Assembly (NCBI RefSeq): GCF_000008665.1
Contig: NC_000917.1
Location: 1,320,001 to 1,352,000, forward strand
Direction: 5' to 3'
Length of the DNA: 32,000 bases
Origin: Archaeoglobus fulgidus DSM 4304
Lineage (GTDB): Archaea; Halobacteriota; Archaeoglobi; Archaeoglobales; Archaeoglobaceae
In this document: in pieces, positions 1 to 7,610 of the stretch
Numbering within the stretch: position 1 is the stretch's first letter
How the letters are laid out: every line of letters starts with the position of its first letter
Position numbers and translations under genes: made by a program
The notes under the pieces: generated by a model
What the model was told of the DNA's origin: nothing
The model's input: only the letters and a program-made list of their open reading frames with translations
Database searches by the model: none

Positions 1-1
1 G

Positions 2-265
2 AGGGGAGTTGTGGAGCACACCGCAAAAACAAAAAGAACGCTTAAAGACGAGCAGGAATACATAGTTTCGGCAATCTCGAACGTTGGTAACGTAATAGCC
101 AGAAATCTTCTGGATTACTTCCAGACGATAGAGAACATTGCAACGGCAGACGAGGAGGAGCTGGCGAAGGTGCCGAAGGTTGGGAAGAAAATTGCAAAGA
201 GGATAAGGCGTGTTATGACCACACCCTACAGTGAGGCGGGTTTTTACGATAGCGAAAGCTTTTAA
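2..265 (+). CDS. C-terminal fragment of a Hef/XPF-family nuclease with helix-hairpin-helix domain (5' truncated by window edge)
   Basis: Frame is open to the window start (RGVVEHTAKTKRTLKDEQEYIVSAISNVGNVIARNLLDYF...VPKVGKKIAKRIRRVM), typical tandem HhH C-terminus. Confidence 0.65.
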   Translation, partial: RGVVEHTAKTKRTLKDEQEYIVSAISNVGNVIARNLLDYFQTIENIATADEEELAKVPKVGKKIAKRIRRVMTTPYSEAGFYDSESF

Positions 266-291
266 TTCACTTTTTGGTTAAAGCATTTCAG

Positions 292-364
292 GCCACGGTA
301 GCTCAGCAGGAAGAGCGCGTGCTTGGTAAGCACGAGGTCCCGGGTTCAAATCCCGGCCGTGGCT
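292..364 (+). tRNA. tRNA-Thr (anticodon GGT)
   Basis: Full cloverleaf: acceptor GCCACGG/CCGTGGC, anticodon stem CGTGC/GCACG with loop TTGGTAA, T arm CCGGG-TTCAAAT-CCCGG; CCA not encoded. Confidence 0.95.
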
Positions 365-425
365 TGCTTTATTTTCAGTTCGCTGGATTTATCTCTCAGG
401 CAGGATAAACCTGCTTTAAAGCCTA

Positions 426-698
426 TCAAAGCCCGAACTCCTCTATGAACTCCCTTATCTTCTGATACTTCTCCAGAAACCTGAAGCCTTTATCGGTGAG
501 GGAGTAATACCTCCTCCCGCTTTCGTCCTGAATCTCCCTGACAAGCCCTTTCTTAACCAATTCGTCCATGTAGCGGTTGAAGTTCTGCGTTGAGAGGTTT
601 GAGAATCGCAGCAAAGGTGTAGGGAGGATGGAGTTGCCGTGCTTCCTTATGATTGAGAGAATGTCGTATATGATTTCCAGCCTGTCTCTCCTCGTCAT
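426..698 (-). CDS. Archaeal winged-helix transcriptional regulator
   Basis: 90 aa with wHTH pattern LSTQNFNRYMDELVKKGLVREIQDESGRRYYSLTDKGFRFLEKY. Confidence 0.75.
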   Translation of the reverse strand: MTRRDRLEIIYDILSIIRKHGNSILPTPLLRFSNLSTQNFNRYMDELVKKGLVREIQDESGRRYYSLTDKGFRFLEKYQKIREFIEEFGL

Positions 699-707
699 TT
701 GACCACC

Positions 708-1391
708 TCAGAGCTTTCTGAGCACTCTGTATGCGATTATGAGGATTACCGCAACTGAGAGAGTGTAGATGGCAAATCTGAACTCCAATGGCAGGAATCT
801 GAAGGTCAGGGAGATGTTGAGCAGCCAGAAGACGAAAAGCAGGATGTAGAGGGGATAAGCTCTCTTCGACCTGCTCTCATGTCGGAAATGGCTGTAATTA
901 ACGAATATCGCAGCAACAAGCAGGAAAACAAGCGCAAGCTGTGAAATCAGGAAGACGAGGGGCATCCTTGAAAGGAGCGAAGTCAGGGCGATGACCAGAG
1001 CAACTCCGTTTATCACAACCTCGCCCGGAAACCTCTCCAGCCACCTCCAGAGAAGGCTGTAAATTGTGTAAAGGATGGCAGCTGATCCTGAGTAAGCGAG
1101 AAAGGCCATGCTGAAGGCCATAATCCCCCTCAATCCTTCCAGACTGATTTCCTCAAACATTACTCCCGATGCGGAGAGCAGGAGAACAACGAATCTCAGG
1201 AAGTAGGCGAGGCCGAGGAAGAGGAAGGTGTTCGAGAAGAAATGGAATCCCCTATAGTCGGAAAGCTTGTAAACCTCCCTCAGCCTGTGGTAAATCAAAA
1301 AGCAGATTAGGAAAATTATCGAGGAGTAGAGGGCTTCAGCTGCGATGAACTCCAGCGGTGGTAGCTTGGGTGGTATCATCGGTGGTGGCAT
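708..1391 (-). CDS. Multi-pass membrane protein of unknown function, likely co-transcribed with the wHTH gene
   Basis: 227 aa, several strongly hydrophobic segments; ends 9 nt before the wHTH start. Confidence 0.65.
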   Translation of the reverse strand: MPPPMIPPKLPPLEFIAAEALYSSIIFLICFLIYHRLREVYKLSDYRGFHFFSNTFLFLGLAYFLRFVVLLLSASGVMFEEISLEGLRGIMAFSMAFLAYSGSAAILYTIYSLLWRWLERFPGEVVINGVALVIALTSLLSRMPLVFLISQLALVFLLVAAIFVNYSHFRHESRSKRAYPLYILLFVFWLLNISLTFRFLPLEFRFAIYTLSVAVILIIAYRVLRKL

Positions 1392-1423
1392 GAGCCCAAT
1401 TAGACGGGGAAGTTTATAAAGAG

Positions 1424-1468
1424 AATGGACTTTTGATGCACATTTTCCTTTCTTCCCGCTTTTATAGC
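1424..1468 (+). promoter_or_regulatory. Shared promoter element copy 1 (TGGAC-N6-TGCAC plus TATA)
   Basis: aatggacttttgatgcacattttcctttcttcccgcttttatagc; 41/45 identical to the copy at 4124. Confidence 0.75.
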
Positions 1469-1502
1469 ACCTCAGCGATTGCGGTTAGGAGGTGATTCAG
1501 AA

Positions 1503-1712
1503 GTGGTCGTGGAGCAGATAAGCGGATGCATTGGTTGCGGGACATGTGTTGAAGTGTGCCCTACCGATGTTTTCCGGCTTGAAGGTGGGAGGGCAGTAAT
1601 CAAGTATCCCGAAGACTGTCAGATTTGCCACCTATGCCGGCTTTACTGTCCGGTGGATGCAATCACAATCTCGCCAGAGAAGTCACTTCCTGTAATCGTT
1701 GCGTGGGGATGA
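1503..1712 (+). CDS. 2x[4Fe-4S] ferredoxin-like protein
   Basis: CIGCGTCVEVCP...CQICHLCRLYCP; RBS aggaggtg upstream of GTG at 1503 (ORF track start at 1479 is TTG). Confidence 0.8.
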   Translation: MVVEQISGCIGCGTCVEVCPTDVFRLEGGRAVIKYPEDCQICHLCRLYCPVDAITISPEKSLPVIVAWG

Positions 1713-1715
1713 TTT

Positions 1716-2400
1716 ATGAAAGAGCTTTTGAAAAAATACGGTTTCCTCTGGAAGAGCCTCCTGTTCGTTTTTTTTTTTTTTTGCGGTAACAATTTACTCG
1801 CTTGACGGTTTTCCAAGGCGGACTGCGTTAAAGGAGGCTATCTCCTTTATGACCGTTCTCTCCTTCACACTGATGGTCAACCAGTTTTACCTCACGAGGG
1901 GCTTTAGGCTAATCGAAGGGAAGGGAAGGATGAGCTACATCGTAAAAGCGCACAGGTTGTTCGGATACATCTCAGTCGGCTTTCTGCTATTCCATCCTCT
2001 TCTTGAGGTTCTTCCGAGGCAGTTTGAAGGAAGCATACAGCCATTCGATGCTTTCTGGAAAATAATCACCACAGACAATTCGGCCATACTGCTGGGAATC
2101 GCTGGATGGGCTGTCATGCTAACGCTGGCAGTAACATCAGTTTTGCGAAAAAGGCTTTTCAAAAATTACAGGAAATGGAGGACGTTTCACGGTATTCTCG
2201 CTGTTGTCTTGATTACAGTGGTGGGATACCACGTTTTGGTTCTGGGGAGGCACTCAAGTCTGGCTATGAAGGCGTTCTATGCCGTTTTGCTGGCTGGAGG
2301 TTATGTGACGATGATTAAAACCTATGTTTTTGACTTAAGGAGGGAAGAGAAATGGAAGAATCGAGGTTTAAAATTAGCAGAAGACAGTTCCTCGCCTTAG
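1716..2400 (+). CDS. Ferric-reductase-like transmembrane (b-heme) protein, interrupted by a frame change at a 15-T tract
   Basis: ATG 1716 MKELLKKYGFLWKSLLFVFFFF, then the frame changes at the T run (1768-1782); the downstream frame gives AVTIYSLDGFPRRTALKEAISFMTVLSFTLMVNQFY... with H-x13-H pairs in two TM helices. Confidence 0.7.
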
Positions 2401-4079
2401 CGGGAGCTGCGGGGGTTGCTGCTTTGGGCGTCAGATTCTTTGCTGGTAATGAGCCATATGTTGAAAGAGATTATACCATTGACTCGGATAAGTTCAGGGA
2501 GGAGTTCATCACAACCGACGTGCTTGTGGTTGGAGGGGGAATGGCAGGGCTGTTTTCTGCGGTGAAAGCTCATGATGCAGGTGCGAAGGTTCTGATGGTC
2601 TCCAAGGGGCGATTGGGATGTTCGGGTCAGACGCCTTTTGCAAAGGGCTTCTTTGTGTTTGACTCAAAGACAAGCCCAGTCTCTCTTGACGAGTTCGTGG
2701 AGCTTGTGTCTCAATCCGCTCTTGGGTCTAACAACAGGGCATACACGAGACAGCTTGCCATGTATTCGAAGGACAGGGCTGAAGAGCTGAGGAAGTGGGG
2801 ATTCTTCGACTCCTCCCTTTACCACGAGCCTTTCCGCAGACCTATCGACGAGAGGGGGATCAGAGTCATGGAGAGAATTATGATTACGCATCTGATAAGG
2901 GAGAATGGAGTTATTGCAGGTGCAGCTGGCTTCAGCCTTGATGAGGAGAAGTTGTACTTTTTCAACGCCAAAAGCGTCGTTCTCTGCACCGGTGCAGGGG
3001 GATTCAAGCCTTACGGCTTCCCCATCCGGGATTTGACGCACGATGGAAGTGTCATGGCCTACGAGATTGGTGCGAGAATAACAGGCAAGGAGTGGAACGA
3101 CGGCCACACCACGAGTTCACAGTATCCCGCAGCCTGCTACGACAGCTGGCACGGGATATTCGAGAACAAGCCCTCAATTACGGGCGTTGAGATTCACCAC
3201 GATTTGGGAGTGGAGCTGAATTATGCTACCTACATAAGAGGCGGTCCGGTATCGATGGGGGGACAGATGGCAGAGGTGTCGGGTGGCCCATACGTTCCTG
3301 AGGAGTTTCGCAGGGCAGCGCCATCCGAAGGTCGAACGCAGGGGCCACCAGAAAGAGGTGAACGTCCACCACCAGGAGGAGGCGGTTATGTCGTCGGAGG
3401 AGCCTCTGCGGGAATGTCCATACACAAGTCTGAGGGGCTGGTGCCTATCAACGACAGATGTGCCACCGACATTCCGGGCCTTTACGCTGCCGGCGACGCT
3501 CTCGGATCCCACATGTCAGGTGGGATTTACACGCAAATCGGATCGTCCTTAGCGGGTTCAGCAGTTCAGGGGGCGATTGCGGGGGAGGAGGCTGCAAACT
3601 ACGCCAAGGACATAGACCTCCAGAGCATTCCCGAATCCACGGTTAGCAGGATAAGGGAGGAGATTCTTGCCCCTCTAAACAGGGATTCCGGCTACAGCCC
3701 GGCGTGGGTAACTCAGGTTTTGCAGGGAGTTATGGTTCCCAACTTCGTGCTCTACATCAAGAAAGCCAGCATACTCAGCGCTGCGTTGGCATACGTAGAG
3801 GAGCTTAGAGACCATCACGTTCCGATGCTCGTGGCAAGAGACCTGCACGAGCTGCGTTTAGCCCATGAAACCAAGAATATGATAGTGAATGCAGAAATGA
3901 AGCTGAGAGCATCACTTTTCAGGGAGGAAAGCCGTTTGAGCCACTACCGCCTTGACTATCCGGAAATTGACGATGAAAACTGGAGCGTTTGGGTTAACAT
4001 CTACAAGGGTTCTGACGGCAAAATGAAGCTGGAGAAACAGCCCTTTGGCTACTGGCCGAATGGGGACCCCATTGAGTGA
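2352..4079 (+). CDS. Tat-signal FAD-dependent fumarate-reductase/succinate-dehydrogenase flavoprotein-family protein
   Basis: Twin-arginine signal ISRRQFLALAGAAGVAAL; dinucleotide site VLVVGGGMAGLFSAVKAHDAG; C-terminal IPGLYAAGDALG. Confidence 0.8.
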   Translation: MEESRFKISRRQFLALAGAAGVAALGVRFFAGNEPYVERDYTIDSDKFREEFITTDVLVVGGGMAGLFSAVKAHDAGAKVLMVSKGRLGCSGQTPFAKGFFVFDSKTSPVSLDEFVELVSQSALGSNNRAYTRQLAMYSKDRAEELRKWGFFDSSLYHEPFRRPIDERGIRVMERIMITHLIRENGVIAGAAGFSLDEEKLYFFNAKSVVLCTGAGGFKPYGFPIRDLTHDGSVMAYEIGARITGKEWNDGHTTSSQYPAACYDSWHGIFENKPSITGVEIHHDLGVELNYATYIRGGPVSMGGQMAEVSGGPYVPEEFRRAAPSEGRTQGPPERGERPPPGGGGYVVGGASAGMSIHKSEGLVPINDRCATDIPGLYAAGDALGSHMSGGIYTQIGSSLAGSAVQGAIAGEEAANYAKDIDLQSIPESTVSRIREEILAPLNRDSGYSPAWVTQVLQGVMVPNFVLYIKKASILSAALAYVEELRDHHVPMLVARDLHELRLAHETKNMIVNAEMKLRASLFREESRLSHYRLDYPEIDDENWSVWVNIYKGSDGKMKLEKQPFGYWPNGDPIE

Positions 4080-4123
4080 TTTTTCCATTTTTGCCGATTT
4101 CAGCTTTATCTCAACACCCAATA

Positions 4124-4168
4124 AATGGACAAAAGATGCACATTTTCCTTTCTTCCCGCTTTTATAGC
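4124..4168 (+). promoter_or_regulatory. Shared promoter element copy 2
   Basis: aatggacaaaagatgcacattttcctttcttcccgcttttatagc. Confidence 0.75.
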
Positions 4169-4208
4169 CTGATTTCCTACAAATTATAGAGATTAAGGAG
4201 GTGATGGA

Positions 4209-4727
4209 ATGAGGAAAGTGCTGGCGGCGTTGCTGGCTCTGGTAGTGGTTGGGGTTGTTGCAGTATCTGCCCAAGGCTTTCATCCGGCAGTGCCAAAGCT
4301 GGAAATAAACGAGAGCAACTTTGAGGACGTGAAGGCGAAGATTCTGAGCCACCTTGAAGAGAGAGTAGAGGACCTGCAGAAGCTGAAGGAGGACGTTGAA
4401 AATGCAAATTCAGCTGATGAGCTGAAGAGCGTTATGGAGGAGCATGCTTTGAGCAGGGCGAAGGACATGACGCTTAGAAAAATTGACAGGGCTATTGAGA
4501 GGCTGGAGAGCAGCGGAAACAGTGATGCGGTAAGCGAGCTTGAATCGCTCAAGGAGAAGGTAAGCGGTGCTTCGAGCATGGAAGAGCTGAGACAAATCAT
4601 GGAGGAGTTCAGGGGAATAATGGAGGATGCTGGATTCATGAATGATGGAATGCCTCCGAAGATGCCGTGCGGTGGGATGCCTGAGGATGGGCCAAGAATG
4701 CCTAACGCAAACTCTGCAAATGCCTAA
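4209..4727 (+). CDS. Secreted coiled-coil protein with Met/Pro-rich tail, paralog of the 4761 gene
   Basis: Signal-peptide-like N-terminus VLAALLALVVVGVVAVSAQG, heptad-like Leu/Glu body, tail MPPKMPCGGMPEDGPRMP. Confidence 0.7.
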   Translation: MRKVLAALLALVVVGVVAVSAQGFHPAVPKLEINESNFEDVKAKILSHLEERVEDLQKLKEDVENANSADELKSVMEEHALSRAKDMTLRKIDRAIERLESSGNSDAVSELESLKEKVSGASSMEELRQIMEEFRGIMEDAGFMNDGMPPKMPCGGMPEDGPRMPNANSANA

Positions 4728-4760
4728 CAACTTTTTTTATTTTTTTGAGGTGAAAATGAA

Positions 4761-5210
4761 ATGCCGGCAAGGAAACTGACCTTCATTTTAATAATAATGC
4801 TCTCTGGCGCAGCCATTCTTTCCGGATGCACTTCGCAAGGCGAGGACGTTAAACCTGAACCCAAGCCTGAGGTTGACGAAAAAGTGACAGTTCCGAATCC
4901 TGAAACCACATCAAACATCTCTGCACCAATGCCCCCTCTAAAGAACTCCACTTCTCCAGTACCCCCCGTAAACGACCTTGAAGGGGGCAAAGAGGCTCTC
5001 TTGGACATGATAAACCGAACCATTGACATGCTTGAGAGAGAAGGGGCAAGAAGTGACATAATTTCGGAACTCGAATCTCTGAAGGAGAAGGTAAGCAGCG
5101 CAACGAGCATGGAAGAGCTGAGAGAAATCATGGAGGAGTTCAGGGCGATACAGGACGATGCCGGAATCCCGAATCCTGAGATGCCCAAGAGCGCTCCCAG
5201 AGCGCCTTAA
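4761..5210 (+). CDS. Putative lipoprotein, tandem paralog of the 4209 gene
   Basis: Lipobox-like ILSGC; shares SELESLKEKVS-A-SMEELR-IMEEFR-I--DAG-P-P-MPK with the upstream gene; RBS gaggtg. Confidence 0.75.
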   Translation: MPARKLTFILIIMLSGAAILSGCTSQGEDVKPEPKPEVDEKVTVPNPETTSNISAPMPPLKNSTSPVPPVNDLEGGKEALLDMINRTIDMLEREGARSDIISELESLKEKVSSATSMEELREIMEEFRAIQDDAGIPNPEMPKSAPRAP

Positions 5211-5266
5211 TTTTTCCGAATTCGGATGGAGAAGTTTTTAAACTCATTTTTTGAGGTGTCCCTGGG

Positions 5267-5849
5267 ATGAGGAGGGATTTTTTAAAGTGTATGGCTATCG
5301 GTGGGCTGACAGTCGCTGGAATGGGTTGTATCACGAGTCGGAGAGTTTTTGTTGCAGAAAAACCAGCTTTCCCGATTGTGGACACAAACCAGACAAAATG
5401 CAATTTTAAAGAAATTCCCTGCCCTGAACCCGGAGAGCCATTCTACGGGTAGGATGCGCAGTTTACAGTAAACCCGCCGGAATATGCTGATAACGGCGAT
5501 GGACGGTTACTGATAAAGCCACGGGTTTGATGTGGGTCAAGGATGACAGCGGCTACTGCATGAACTGGAAGGAGGCTCTGGAGCACGTTCAGAGGATGAA
5601 CGAGCAGAGCTATCTCGGCTACAGCGATTGTAGGCTCCAAATGCGAAGGAGCTACAATCAATTGTAGATTACACGAGGGCACTGGATGCAAGGGACCCCT
5701 CAAAGCGTGGTGCTGCGATAGACCCGATATTCAACGTGACTCCAATAATCAACGAGGGGGGCGATGTTTCCAGCTATCCGCACGCTCGTGGCCCGCAGGG
5801 GGATGTTGTAAGAATATGCAACTTCCTTAGGTTGGTTAGGGATACTTGA
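5267..5849 (+). pseudogene. Degraded DUF1566/Lcl-domain lipoprotein gene
   Basis: IVDTNQTKCNFKEIPCPEPGEPFYG*DAQFTVNPPEYADNGDG / VTDKATGLMWVKDDSGYCMNWKEALEHVQRMNEQSYLGYSDCRL / NAKELQSIVDYTRALDARDPSKRGAAIDPIFN in consecutive frames: one in-frame TAG (5450-5452) and two frameshifts (near 5503 and 5640). Confidence 0.75.
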
Positions 5850-5936
5850 GTTTACGGTCAGCAGTTTTTCCCATCGACATAAGAGTACGGATAAAGGTTT
5901 AGGAGTCATCAACCTAAAATTACCTGGTGAAAGTTC

Positions 5937-6704
5937 ATGAGGAAATCAGCCTATGAAAAATACCTGAAAAAACCGCTAACACCATTGCCGTGGGAACATC
6001 GACTGATACTGGAGAAAGGAGAAGATATCCCTTTAGAAGGAGTTTTTAGCTTCTTGGAAAAGGACAAACTGCTCGATGAGGGCTATCTGCCCTACGAGAA
6101 CGGCTTCCACCACTTCCCTGACGGCAGAGCTTACGTCGCCTGTCTGACGAAGATGCCGAAGGTTAGTGCAGAGATGATTTACTGGTGGTTCAGGTGGCAT
6201 TCTGAAGATGCAATTCGCTACCAGATATGGTATCCCGGCAAACATTTTGACGTTAGAACAGATGAGACCGGCTCCACTCACTACGTAACGGAAGACGTCG
6301 GCACGGGAAAGCAAAGAATTGTCATCAGGTTCATGACTCCTGCAGAGTTCGGATTCAGCGAGGAAAAGCTTGAAATGATTGATCTGAAGAGAAATGCCAT
6401 TATATGCGCCAGAGTCGGGGCAGAGATTCCCGGACATGCAGTGTGGCACACCTGGATGTGTCACTGCGCCAGAGAGGCTGAGAAAGGAGTTGAGCTGAGG
6501 AGTAGGTTCTGGATCGGGGAAGAGATAGAGGTTAGCGGCCCTCTCACCTCGATCCTAACAAGATTGCTCAATATACTGTCAGTGAAGAAAAGAATGATTC
6601 CCGGAAATATTGGAAAGCACATGTTCCATCACTGCTCTCAGGAGTATCACAATCTGGCAGAGATTTTGCCTGAGGTTTATGAGGAATTCGGAGGTATGAG
6701 CTGA
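5937..6704 (+). CDS. 2,4-diacetylphloroglucinol (DAPG)/phloretin hydrolase-like protein
   Basis: GFHHFPDGRAYVACLTKMPKVSAEMIYWWFRWHSEDAIRYQIWYPGKH and C-terminal HMFHHCSQEYHNLAEILPEVY resemble the PhlG-type hydrolase domain. Confidence 0.65.
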   Translation: MRKSAYEKYLKKPLTPLPWEHRLILEKGEDIPLEGVFSFLEKDKLLDEGYLPYENGFHHFPDGRAYVACLTKMPKVSAEMIYWWFRWHSEDAIRYQIWYPGKHFDVRTDETGSTHYVTEDVGTGKQRIVIRFMTPAEFGFSEEKLEMIDLKRNAIICARVGAEIPGHAVWHTWMCHCAREAEKGVELRSRFWIGEEIEVSGPLTSILTRLLNILSVKKRMIPGNIGKHMFHHCSQEYHNLAEILPEVYEEFGGMS

Positions 6705-6710
6705 GTGCAG

Positions 6711-6752
6711 ATGGACAAAAGATGCACATTTTCTTTTCCTCTTTCTTAAATG
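6711..6752 (+). promoter_or_regulatory. Shared promoter element copy 3
   Basis: atggacaaaagatgcacattttcttttcctctttcttaaatgc. Confidence 0.7.
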
Positions 6753-6783
6753 CCCTTGAACCCTTTGTTGGTTGGTGAGTGAA

Positions 6784-7443
6784 ATGAATCTGACCAGCTT
6801 CGAGGAGGCTGAGAGGAAGGTGCTGAAGTTGATCTTGCTGTCCAATCGAATGCTGAGGCATGACGTGATGAATGCCGTGACCTCTGCACTGCTTTTTCTG
6901 GAACTCTTCGAGAAGACGGGGAGGGAAGAGCACTTGGAAAGGGCGAAAGCATCCATAAACAGAGCAGTTTTTGCTGTGAGAAACTCCAAGTTCGTCGAAG
7001 AGCTTGCCATTGGAGAAGAGCCAAGATACATTAAGGTGGAGGAAATTGCGAGGGAAGTTGCGAGGAACTTCAGCATACCCGTTCTGGTTGAGGGGGAGTG
7101 CCAGGTATTTGGCGATAGGGGGATTTTCGGGGCGATATTCGAGAACCTGTTCCAGAACGCCGTCCAGCACTCAGGGACTGACAGAGTGGTGGTTAAGGTG
7201 GAGAGAAAGCGGGGGAAGTGCTTTATTAGAGTAAAGGACTACGGAAAGGGAATTCCTGACGAGATTAAGGACAAGATTTTCAGTGCAGGATTCAGCAGCG
7301 GAGACTCGGCAGGATCAGGAATGGGGCTGCACCTCGTTAAGGAGATTGTTGAAAGTATTGGAGGGAAAATATGGGTCGAGGATAACGAGCCGTGTGGGGC
7401 AGTATTCGTCATGGAGTTCCCGCGAAGGTTCTTCCTGAGTTAA
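6784..7443 (+). CDS. Sensorless histidine kinase (DHp + HATPase_c only)
   Basis: H-box LRHDVMNAVTSALLFLE; N-box IFENLFQNAVQHS; G-boxes VKDYGKGIP and GSGMGLHLVKEI; ATG at 6784 preferred over TTG at 6772. Confidence 0.85.
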   Translation: MNLTSFEEAERKVLKLILLSNRMLRHDVMNAVTSALLFLELFEKTGREEHLERAKASINRAVFAVRNSKFVEELAIGEEPRYIKVEEIAREVARNFSIPVLVEGECQVFGDRGIFGAIFENLFQNAVQHSGTDRVVVKVERKRGKCFIRVKDYGKGIPDEIKDKIFSAGFSSGDSAGSGMGLHLVKEIVESIGGKIWVEDNEPCGAVFVMEFPRRFFLS

Positions 7444-7610
7444 AGCATTTTGGTTCAAACAATTCTGGTCTGTGCGGTTACGGCTTCAAGAGCTTCTCTG
7501 ACGAGAATTTCCAAGTTGCTCCTTTTCTCAGACTTCCGACAACCACAACCTTCGCCCTTTGCAGATAAAATCCTTTATTGTTTTCATCTATAATGAACTT
7601 AATCTGGAAA

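Noticed and set aside
2664-3107. Long antisense ORFs (2664-3107, 3174-3512) opposite the flavoprotein gene
   Set aside because: No recognisable domain and fully overlapped by a strong coding frame; typical shadow ORFs.
3283-3552. Plus-strand ORF MAHTFLRSFAGQRHPKVERR...
   Set aside because: Alternative-frame shadow of the Pro/Gly-rich flavoprotein segment.
3912-4352. ORFs reading through the shared promoter element (also 6568-7170 and 6579-7076 minus)
   Set aside because: They translate conserved promoter DNA (e.g. CASFVHL/CIFCPSA) and lack family matches; the DNA conservation is better explained as regulatory.
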